Shown here: piece after piece, positions 10,915 to 21,476 of the stretch
Layout of the letters: every line of letters begins with the position of its first letter
Numbering within the stretch: the stretch's first letter is position 1
NCBI GenBank assembly: GCA_003693705.1
Contig: RBZT01000739.1
Span: forward strand, 1-35,788
Length of the DNA stretch: 35,788 nucleotides
Direction of reading: 5' to 3'
DNA from: Polymyxa betae A26-41
Taxonomy: Eukaryota; Protista; Endomyxa: Phytomyxea
The notes under the pieces: generated by a model
The model's database searches: none
The model's input: the letters and a program-made list of their open reading frames with translations, nothing else
What the model was told of the DNA's origin: nothing
Program-made: the position numbers and the translations under genes

Positions 10915-11851
10915 ATGTGGTCGGGTGGTGCTCTTATCTTGGCTCTGCTCTTAATCTGCATTCCCGGTTCTGAATCGCAATGTAGCGCTCCAACTAATCA
11001 TTTCGACTGCCAACTGACCCGATGATTCTTTAGTTTCGCCTTACGGGTTCGGGCCTGGGTTTGGAGGAGCATACAACCCGTATTTTTCATGGGCGAACGC
11101 ATTCACACCATACACCCCATATGGCCCTGAAGCGCCAATATCACCAACAATGCCATTTGGGGCACCAGCGACAACATTTGGTGCACCAACATTTGGTGCA
11201 CCGCCTGCAGCATTTGAGTCACAACCAGTTGCTCCAACTGGCCCGAGTGCACCAATGGCTCCGACTTCTGCTCCAACAACCCAATTCGCTAGCGCGCTTG
11301 GCGCCACACAAGGCGGACCTCCCAACACTCAACAACCGACGATCGTCCCTGTGCCTCAGATTTCGGCGGCGCCGACTACCACTCTCCAGATACTGCCTGT
11401 GCCAGTTCCGATGGCGACACAAGCTCCGGTGACATTGCTAGCCAGCGCTTTAGGAGCTACCCAAGCGCCTGTCCAAATCGCTCTCCCTGCCACAACAACT
11501 CCAGTGACTCTGTTAGCAGGGGCCTTATCAGCGACTCAGGGCGCTGGTAATGTGGCTGCGCCTCTAGTCTCTCAGGTATCTTCATTTTTAAATTGTCTTG
11601 CCTTTGCTCAATCGAAGTCTCAGCCTGTAGCCGCGGCGCCGGTGGCACAGGCTCCAGCGACTGTCGTAATGCCAACGTCAGCCCCAGTCTATTACGCTGC
11701 TGCTGCAGCGGCGAATCCAGCTGGCGGGGAAACGGGCCCTGCTCAGGTCCCAATTACTTCCTATTCACCAACGTCGTCGATGCAGCCTATTCCTCTTGCC
11801 TTGATTATCACAGCTAGATCACCAACAGTACAGGTTTTAAGGGCGGCCTAG
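10915..11851 (+). CDS. Secreted Pro/Ala/Thr-rich (mucin/wall-like) protein with Tyr/Gly/Pro/Phe-rich N-terminus
   Basis: Signal MWSGGALILALLLICIPGSES, an intron at ~10982-11033, then SPYGFGPGFGGAYNPYF..., FGAP repeats and three (L)ASALGATQ-like repeats. Probable in-frame intron 11576-11623; 3' end uncertain. Confidence 0.75.
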
Positions 11852-12329
11852 ATGTACAAACCCCAACGCCCTTAGTCCATTTGCTGATAAATTATGATGA
11901 ATAACATCATTTAGCATATCTTGATGACTGCATATCCGATACAACCAATCTTTTGGATCTAAACACAATGCTGAGTTTATAACGGATTTGGATTTTCAAA
12001 CCAGAAGATTATGTCATCCTGCTTAGAACTAATGACTTTCTTTTAGCTTGTTCGAACATCGTCTCCACCAAACCAGAACAGCGCTTAAGTAAGGTATTAG
12101 GTGTAGTTCATGATCTGACTAACACGCGCCATGATCGCTATCGTCGCGAGCAGACCCAGAAAGCATTAAAGCTGTCGGAAAGAGCGCTGCTGATGGATTA
12201 TGTATAAATGTATTGTATGGTCATGGAACCCAAGGGAATCCATAAAGTTATTGGCAAGGCTATGCGCCTGGCATAATCCAGACCGATTCTCCATCCGATT
12301 CTGAGACCCAAAAACCTTTCGAGGTAGCC

Positions 12330-12960
12330 CAATGGCTTCGGCTATGGAAGTTCAGCGTTTTTTTTCTAGCGCTAGATTGGTTAACGATCTTGCCTATAGC
12401 CATCTATCGTTGTGTACACTGAACAACAGTACCATGTTACGAGGGTTCTTCATCTTCGCTGCAATTGCAAGTCAACTACGTATTCAAGACATCAACGTAA
12501 ATGAAGATAGGAATCAAACCCTTCTGCCTCGTCATATAAGTTGGTTGCAGGAAATGGGGGCACTGAATTCAAAACTATCAATAACGTAGAACGTGCTCAG
12601 CTGAATGGGATTTTTCTCAAAAGGGACTTTTTTGCAAGTGCATGTCATTGGGGCATTTTTGCCTGTAGACCGATTGCATGCATATGCTCTAGTTACATCT
12701 GGCCCACGGCCAACTGTGATTAATCTGAAAAAGCAGGCCAAATGGTTCACCATTGCTGCTGATGTCTAACGCTTCTTATTAGTAGAACAGATGTCCTGTC
12801 GTCTAGCTACCGCTCTAGTTCTGCATCGTCTTCCAATGCTAATCATTTATCATCTTCCAGTCTAAGATCGTCGTCCTCTTTCAGTCTCCAATCCACGTTA
12901 GTATCTCCCAGCAATGCCCCCCGATACAGTTCTGCTACAGGCAATTCAATCATCCAATTC
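12330..12960 (+). pseudogene. Decayed fragment of an S8 subtilase C-terminal beta domain plus Ser-rich tail
   Basis: LVNDL..NNST, GNGGTEFKTINNVERAQL and, after a 1-nt frameshift, [25 protein letters not shown] match the C-termini of both downstream subtilases. A Ser-rich stretch follows. No catalytic domain was found upstream. Confidence 0.72.
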
Positions 12961-13112
12961 TGGATGAGCACTTATCATCCTCTGTGTTCTGTTAGTTTAG
13001 TAAAAATTATGCAGGTTGTCAAGGATCGTTCATGGTGCGTTTTTACTTTATCATACATTTACCTGCACCAGACCATACCAATCAACTATCAGGTCTAAAG
13101 TTGTACAGAACC

Positions 13113-13261
13113 TAAGGGCGCGTTTGGACGACAAGGAAAACCCGGTTTTTGCCAAAATCCGTTTTTTTGTCGAAAATCCAAGTTAGAGAGGGATTTTTAA
13201 ATCGGATTTTGGCGTCAAAACCGGATTATTCGTAGCATCGGGCCATCGGCCTAAGCCCTAA
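13113..13261. mobile_element. Possible MITE-like (Tourist/PIF-Harbinger-like) hairpin remnant
   Basis: Begins TAA-GGGCGCGTTTGG and ends GCCC-TAA. Nested internal inverted repeats: CCGGTTTT/AAAACCGG, GCCAAAATCCG/CGGATTTTGGC and AAAATCC/GGATTTT. Confidence 0.4.
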
Positions 13262-13583
13262 AGGTGATTTATATAGGCTACATTCAGTAACGATAAAATC
13301 AAGAAAATTTGATATCAGCGCAGCCATCCCAATCTGATCAGTATGAGCATAGAAAAGAAACGCAATGATTGCGTTCCAATCAAATGGGACCTTCGTAATG
13401 GCAAGATTCGTCAAGCATTTGTTCGTATCGGCAGCATAGACGTTGGCAAGGGAAAAGACGTACAGGCGTTTCCCATTCCTTCGATGGTTATCGCCTGCGG
13501 CCTGCTCTTCCAGCCTCAGATATCCAGCACAAGATGGATCCATGGAGCGAAAATCGATCCTCGACGTACGCTAGGCCACAGTT

Positions 13584-16500
13584 ATGTTGCGACGTTTCCG
13601 TCTCACGATTGTTGTTGTTGGGATAATATGGGCTCATGTGAACAGCCAAACCGCTGAACGACCACAAAAAATTTTGCTTCGGCACCTCACAATTGACCCA
13701 ACCGAATTGGGTCCAGTCGGAGGGGATTTAAACCTTCTTGATGTTGCTATCTTGCAACATTATATCGTTCAGTTCCCCAGTCCAGTCATCAGCAGTACCA
13801 AGGATGCTGTTCGTGATCTTGTTGGGCATAATCTGACGCTGTACATCCCCAATAATGCTTTTGTTGTTTACACTGATATGGAGACAATCGCCAAGGTTCA
13901 GCTAATGGATGGAATTATCTGGGCTGGGTTATGGCAACCGGAATACAAATATACCAGCTCACCTGAAGTGCAAAATGAATTTAACGACCAATTCAATCTA
14001 GCAGTATTCTTGGGTCCTATAAAAGATTTGGAAGGCTTTGTCCAAGACCTTCCTGCAAAAGCTCTTGCAGAACTAGGCTGTACCTTTGAGGCGCAAGTTC
14101 TTAATCGTGAACGATTGGTCCTCACAAAAATTGCTTACAATGGGATCCCAGTTGAGGCAAACTCACAGCTGAACCCGATCTACGAATGGCTGTCACTGCA
14201 ACCTGAAGTCTATCACATATCTCAATACGAACCCATTCAAATGCACAATTATTGGGCGAAATCTATCGTTCAAAACGATGATCCAGCAGGAAGAGCAGAT
14301 TCGGATTTGCTCTTCGCTCAAAACGATAAAGCAAAACGTCGCAAACAAATTGTTTAAACTTTGATTGTCTGGCAAAGGTATTCTTGGAGCGAATCAAGTT
14401 GTAGGTGTATCTGATACAGGGATCGCCAAAGAGAGCTGTTTCTTCAAACTCCCGCAGTTCAATCTAACAGTGACGCCGACCTCAGCTTGGCAGTATAAGC
14501 CAGTCCCGGCCAGTCAGCATCGTAAGATCATCCAATATGTAGCGCCATCGGGGATCGGAGACGGCACCGACTATCATGGCCATGGGACTCATGTGGCAGG
14601 CACAGTGGCTGGCAAGGTAGTCAATGGCCCGAACGGATTCAAGAAATACAATGGCATCGCGCCTGAAGCCAAGATTGCCTTCTTCGGTTGCGTTTCTCAT
14701 TGATCAAGTCCTATAGTCTTTCTGAATGGCAGTCTATAGATATGGAAGATGCTGCCGGTAATATGCGATCTCCTTGGTCTGTAGATCAGAATATGTATCC
14801 ATATGCATACTCATTGGGTGCTCGAGTCCACACGAATAGCTGGACTGCCACAGTCTCCAATAATCAATATACGGTTTGTGTGGACTCGAATTACTCAATG
14901 GTGATTTTACAACTTGATCATAGATTCAATCGCATGATGTGGACACATTCGTTTATAATAATCCCGATATGTTGCTGGTGTTCGCTGCTGGAAACCTAGC
15001 TGATGTAGGTGTATTGCCGCCGGCGACCTCGAAAAACATTATCAGTGTGGGCGCTTCGTTGTCGTCCAAGGCTATGCTATCAACGACATTCTGCTCCGGT
15101 CCTTTCTACTCTTATAGTCAGTGCTATTGGGAAACGCATTCAGGAGACGATAAAACAGAACACCTTGTAAGAAAGATCTATCAAGCTGGAGAATTTTTCC
15201 GATATCGAAAACTAGGCCTCGTTTTCCAGTGTTGGACCGATGTCTGATGGCAGGATTAAGCCGGATCTTGTGGCATCAGGAGAGTATATCGTCAGCGCTA
15301 ACAAATACTGCAATGGAACTGCATCCACTGACCTGAAAGCGTTGCAAGGCACATCTATGGCCTGTCCTGTAGTTGCAGGGCACTTGTGTAAGATTATGTT
15401 GGTCGTCACTTGACTGCTGCTCAATTACCTGCAGTGTTGGTCAGGGAGTATTTGCTGAAAGGTTTCCTTGCTACTGGCTCTGCCAATGCATCTGCTGCTA
15501 TCTATCCATCTGCGGCTTTGTTGAAGGCTATCGCCATTTCAGGGTCGTATTCGCTGAAAACCAGAGAAAAGTACACAAACAAGTATGTACCCATAGCATT
15601 AGGTGAAGCCCCTGATCCATATCAAGGTTTAGTGTAATCCGGACCTGTTGGTCCCATTATACTGAAGATCGATTTCAGGATTCGGAAGACTCAAGCTCAA
15701 TCAGGTCTTGTTTTTCTCTAACTATACTGGTTTCCAACGAACCATTGTTCCTCGGGTACGATATGCTTCACGCTCATTCAGACATGTTGATGCTGTTTTC
15801 ATTAGGGTAAAAACGGAACCGATCCAATAATTAGCCAAAACCAGACTCATGAATACTGTTTCCAAACGACAAATGTCGATCTTTCATATCCTCCCAGGTT
15901 TACGCTTGTCTGGACTGATGTGCCGGCACAACTTATAGCTGCTAGCAGTTTGGTGCAAGATCTTGATCTGCTAGTTTGGGTTAAAAATCAAACATATTAC
16001 GGTAATGTTGCTGGTGTCGCGGCTCTTTTCTCTAAATTACTTAGCCAATGGAGGCAACGGCACGGATTCCATCAACAATGTGGAACGCGTCCAGTTACCG
16101 AAAACCACCGCAAATCGTACTTCCATACGAGTCCAAATAATTGGTGCATTCCTTCCAGTGGACCGATATCAGAAGTATGCATTTGTTGCAAATGGCCCCA
16201 TAATTGAAATCAGCTGTGAATCATCCCAACTGTAAGTGGTCGTGCTCCGTGATCAAACTTGGCTCGTATTGAATTCGCTCCAGCAAGACACATCGTTCTA
16301 GTCCTTTATCATCTCTCAATTCGGTCAGCCGTTCTGCATCAACTGTCAACGCCATCCGTTCATTGTCAAGCTCGAAGAATTCCAGTACCAGCTCATCATC
16401 AAGCGCGAAGCGTTCTGTATCGTCGCTAAACTCCAGTACCATCTCAGCATCAAGCGCCAAGCGTTCTGTATCGTCGCTAAACTCCAGTACCATCTCAGCA

Positions 16501-17488
16501 TCAAGCGCCAAGCGTTCTGTATCGTCGCTAAACTCCAGTACCAGCTCAGCATTGAATTCGAGTTCCCGCGACAATTCTGTTCCGTTCTCCCAAACTGGTA
16601 CCCGTAATGCGTCTCGACCTCTTTTAAGCTTCACCTCTTTATCTTCTGTTCCTGGTTCCCGTTCGGCGGTCATACAATCCAGTTTTGGATCATCTGGCAG
16701 TCGGAGTTCTCGCTCAACCCTCTGAACTACACCTCGTGGATGATCTCACTGACCGTTCATCTCTCAACCTTAGGCATAACCGATTCGTCTCAAACCTCCA
16801 TGATTTCTACTTTTATCAGAGACATATCTGGAGCTTTATATTCGCCATCATCTCGATTCACGATCATCAGCCTGCGCGATCAGACAGCGTCGTCTACAGT
16901 GCTGTCTTTCGTTGTGCTTCCAAACAGCACTGACCCGGACGCCACGTTTCTAGTCGATATGTTCTCTCAGCAGATTCAAACTCCTGGTAGCAAGCTGAGA
17001 TCTGGAGCTTTACTGTCTAAGGCTGATGAGCCTCCTGTCACGGTCCTGATCGAAGGAGTTTCTCTCGTTAACTGCGGCGCCGACTCGTACGTAGTCAGCC
17101 CGAACGTTTGCCCGACCACCTCGGTGACGATATTGTCTTCTGGTTCGAGCATAAAGCTGGACCAAACCTATTTAGTCATCGCAAGTTCCTGTTTTATCAT
17201 TTCGTTGGTCGCCATCGTTTGTGGTTGCCTGTATCGAAGAAGTCCTGAAAGGCCCAAGCGACGTCTCTGGCAACGGGGCCGGCGCACACCCATAATGGTG
17301 TAGATTTCGGGCTGACCAACCAGACGGCACGAACAGTGTATTTCAGCCTGGTCGACGGGCAACATTCAACAACCGGGACTCAGCAAACGTTGAACGGTGA
17401 GCGAGCACCGATGCCAAGTCAACCGCAACGGTTAATCCAAGGAATCAAGAAATCATTTTACGGGATGGAATCCGAGACAACTTGGTGA
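13584..17488 (+). CDS. S8 subtilase, KP-43/TagC-like, with signal peptide, prodomain, C-terminal beta domain, Ser-rich stalk, SEA-like domain and single TM helix
   Basis: Catalytic motifs [21 protein letters not shown] and GTSMACP; also [31 protein letters not shown] and INNVERV. TM segment [22 protein letters not shown] followed by RR. The first donor is atypical, and splicing near 16650-16700 and after 17240 is uncertain. Confidence 0.88.
16381..16551 (+). repeat. 51-nt coding tandem repeat ([17 protein letters not shown]) x3
   Basis: Near-identical units start at 16399, 16450 and 16501 in the Ser-rich stalk of subtilase 1. Confidence 0.95.
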
Positions 17489-17876
17489 TTTACTTTAAAC
17501 TCGAATTGGTTCGACGCTCATGAACCCGTTTGTTCTGAATCAGGTCATTCGCCGATGACGAGATACAACAATAACCAAGTCGACTTGTCTGTCAGCGCTT
17601 ACCGCGTATATTAAAGTTTCATTAGTTCGCCTTCTGATAGCTGCTATAAACTGATCCCATATATTGTTTTAAAACAGACAAACTCTGCCTTGAAGCTTGG
17701 CATTGGGTAAAAATCGTTGCATGCGTTCAAGGCTATGAGAAAGCGTAGTTCATTGGATGCTTTGAGACAAGAAGGAAAGCTTTGCGAATTGGAAGTCGAT
17801 ACTTTGCCGCCTGCATCGGTTGCAAGCCGATCGATGATGTACGCTGATCTTACTTTAGAAACCTTCCATATAGTTG

Positions 17877-20800
17877 ATGTTGGTGATCTTTGTTGCAATA
17901 GTAATCGCAAGCCTGAAATGGCACCAATCAGTTGCAGTAGCAACAGACAGATCTCGATTGCTGATGCTGCGAGATTTCACGATCAACACGACTGAATTGG
18001 ATTCAATAGGAGCCGACTTTGGCCTTCTCGATACCGATCACGTTCAGCAACATTACATAATCCAGTTCGGTAGTCCAATCTCCATTGAAGCCAAAGATAC
18101 GGTTCGCAACCTAATCGGCCATTCTCTAACCTGGTATATTCCATACAACGCATTTGTCGTCTACATTGATCAGCAAACGATTGACAAAATTCAGAAGATC
18201 GATGGTGTAGTATGGACCGGCTTATGGCGAAGGGAATATAAATACAGTCCTCTACCCGAATTTCAAGCTTTACTAGAGCCAGAAGCCGACGAGACGATGG
18301 AGCTGATTGTTCATTTCGCTCCGTCTGTTGATTTTCCAGAAGCAGTCAATGAGCTTGTAAACCGAGCTCAAATCGAGCTTAATTGTACATTCCAGACAAC
18401 GAACTTCAGTCGAAATCGGGCGGTGTTGAGCGCCATCGCCATTAACGGAATCGGGATCGCGACGAATTCCGATCTGAACTTCCTCTGTTCCTGGTTGGCA
18501 CGACGTCCCGAAATCTATCAGCTATCGCCGCGGGAGTCGTTCGAGCTGAACAACTACTGGGCCAAATCCATCGTTCAGAATGATGATCCAGCAGGAAGAA
18601 ACGAGCATGAACTTCTCTTCGCTAAACATGGTAAGCAAACGAATGCAGCACAGACTTTTTGTCTGATTGAAGTAATGAAGGAATAAAGGGACAAGATCAG
18701 GTTGGATTCCATTCGACCAAAAAGGTCATACTCATCTGCGTTAAAGGTGATCGGGATCAGCGACTCCGGCATATCGAAACAGAGTTGTTTCTTCCACGAC
18801 CCCGATCACGACGTGATCGTGACAACGGTCACGCCAGGCCAGGACCAGCCCGACGCCCAGCAGCCCAGCCAGCACCGCAAGATCATCCAGTACATAGCTC
18901 CAGCCAAGACCGGCAATGGTCTTGACGATTCCGGTCATGGGACGCATGTGGCTGGCACGGTCGCCGGCAAGATCCTCACCGACCCGAATGGCTTCGCCAA
19001 ATACAACGGCGTCGCGACCGACGCCCGCATCGCCTTCTTCGGTTGGCATCCGATTCCCTGAATGCCTTTCTAGTCATTGGTGATTGCAGACATCGCGAAA
19101 GGCAGTACGGTCAGTGTTCCGACTCCGCTTGATGAGACCTATTTCCCATACTCGTATGCTATGGGGGCTCGCGTTAACACCAACAGCTGGGGTTCGACAT
19201 CGTCGCTTGGCGCTTACACGGTCGGAATCTCATTGCTGATCGGTTTCGAGTAATGTTTTGAAGGACGCCAGGCTGATTTTTCGGATCCGAATCACCGTCG
19301 TACTGATTCGTATTGTTCTGTCTGTAGACGTCGACGCAGTCGGTGGACGAGTTCGTGTACGACCATCCCGATATGCTGGTCCTGTTTGCAGCTGGGAATC
19401 AAGGCGCGTCGGGCATCACGCCGCCGGCCACGGCCAAGAACGTGATTGCGGTCGGAGCGACGGTTTCGTCGAACGACATGCTGAAAGCGACCTATTGTTC
19501 GGGCGCGTTCAGAAGCAGCAGCAGCTGCTCCTGGGGCATGAATTCGGCCAGCGATTTGCATGACCATCTTGTAAGACTCTCTATAATGCTTCATGCCAAA
19601 TTTCCTGATCAATCTAGGCGTATTTCTCAAGCATTGGACCAACTTCCGATGGTCGCATCAAGCCAGATTTGGTGGCATCTGGACAAGCGCTAGTTAGCGC
19701 CAGCAGGTTGTGTAATGTGTCGGCTGCTACTGACCTTCTTGTCTCTCAAGGCACGTCGATGGCGACTCCAAACGTTGCGGCACATTTATGTAAAGTGGTT
19801 TCTTATTCAGATTTGGCTGGAAGGCTGAATCTATTGCGATTAGTGCTGGTCAGGGAATACTTAACGAGAGGGTTCCTTGCAAATGGAGAACCTGACGCAA
19901 GCGCCGCCATTTACCCTTCCGCCGCCTTGCTAAAGGCCATCGCCATCTCGGGATCGTTTTCGATTCCGTTCAGGGAGAAATCGAGCAATGGCGGCTCTCA
20001 GCCTCAGGCATTGGGCGATTCGCCCGACTTCTATCAAGGTCTTAAATGAAGAGCACGTCATGGCCCACGGTCTCATTCTGTTTAGGGTTCGGAAGATTGA
20101 AGCTGAACCACGTTCTGTATTTCTCTGATTACAGAGGCAGCCAAGCCACCATCATTCCTCGGGTAACGTCCCGATCGTATTCACGTGATTTGCAGGGTCT
20201 CACGACTGCCTTTTGCAGAGCGCCAATGGAACCGATCCCGTGATCCAACAGCACATGGTTCATGAATATTGCATTCGGCTGACTGCAACGAATAGCTCGT
20301 ACCCGCCCCGATTCACCTTGGTCTGGACCGATGTCCCAGCACAGCCAATTGCTGGCATCAGTCTTGTTCAAGATCTCGATCTGGTCGTTTTAGTCGGCAA
20401 TACAACCTACTATGGTAGGAATCAGCATTGCTGACGTCGCCTCTCTGACGGTTGGACATTCTAGCAAATGGTGGTTCAGATGCCGATTCGATCAATACGG
20501 TCGAACGTGTTCAGTTGCCTGCAACGATCGCGAACAATACTATTATAAGGGTGCAAGTAATTGGGGCTTCTCTTCCCGTCGATGATTGGCAAAGTTATGC
20601 CTTAGTTGCATCTGGACCTATCGTAGAAGCTCATTGTCATGGGACCCAACGTTTTACTCGAAGGTAAACGTTCCTTTTGTTTCAGTAGCGGAAATAATTG
20701 TTAATCTTCTCTATCAAGTTATCGATCGAATTTTGTGTCATCGTCTGGTTCTCGGTGTAATTCTGTACTAACTTCTACATCTCCTAGTTCGACCCGAACT

Positions 20801-20929
20801 TCTAACTACCCATCAAAATCTTCCGGAACTCATAATGACCAATTATACAGCTCTGGAGCTTGGCGTCCATCATGCAGCTCAAGGATGATCGTTATACTGA
20901 GCATTGTATGCACAATGTTAATAAACTGA
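17877..20929 (+). CDS. S8 subtilase paralog, KP-43/TagC-like, with short Ser/Thr tail and hydrophobic C-terminus (GPI-like)
   Basis: [49 protein letters not shown] and INTVERV motifs. Intron positions largely match subtilase 1. Ends MIVILSIVCTMLIN*. Confidence 0.9.
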
Positions 20930-21476
20930 AGGAAAACAGTATTACCACTGCCAGCGCCTATCGATCGCGGCCTACACAGCGACTTTTGCATCTTCTACGT
21001 GTAAAATTCAGAATAAAGCTGGCGCGAGTTCAAAATCGGTGTGCGGCGATTAGGTGTACTTTGGAGTCTCATCATGAACTGTTGCCAAAACAGTTCCTAA
21101 GACTAGAGAGAATGGTCAATAGCTTGGAAAAATTCAGTTTCAGCCGTTTTGTACTGTCACGCCAACTGATGCCTCCTTCCATCGTCACCAGGCGAAGGGC
21201 ACCATGCGCACCTGCCTTTTGTCATCATTCAGTCGATGAAAGCGAAATCTGTTGAGGGGAAGCGGCCTCTCCCGGAGCAAGAATTGCGCTTTGCTTTTTT
21301 CAAGACATGAGAATGTTGGGTCCGTAGAAGCGCTCCGAGCCATCGTTATCATATCACTATTATCGACTATCTAGCAGCACGGCTCATCGCTATTGTTGCT
21401 ATCCGAGTCGCAATTGAATTAATCATCGTCGAGTCGAGATCGGTCCACGCTCACCGCCAGACTGGGTCGGAATAGC

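Noticed and set aside
16221-16673. Minus-strand ORF with [17 protein letters not shown] repeats
   Set aside because: Antisense shadow of the Ser-rich tandem repeat in subtilase 1.
20860-21255. 131-aa ORF between subtilase 2 and NOT1
   Set aside because: Non-ATG start overlapping the subtilase 2 end, with no recognisable protein features.
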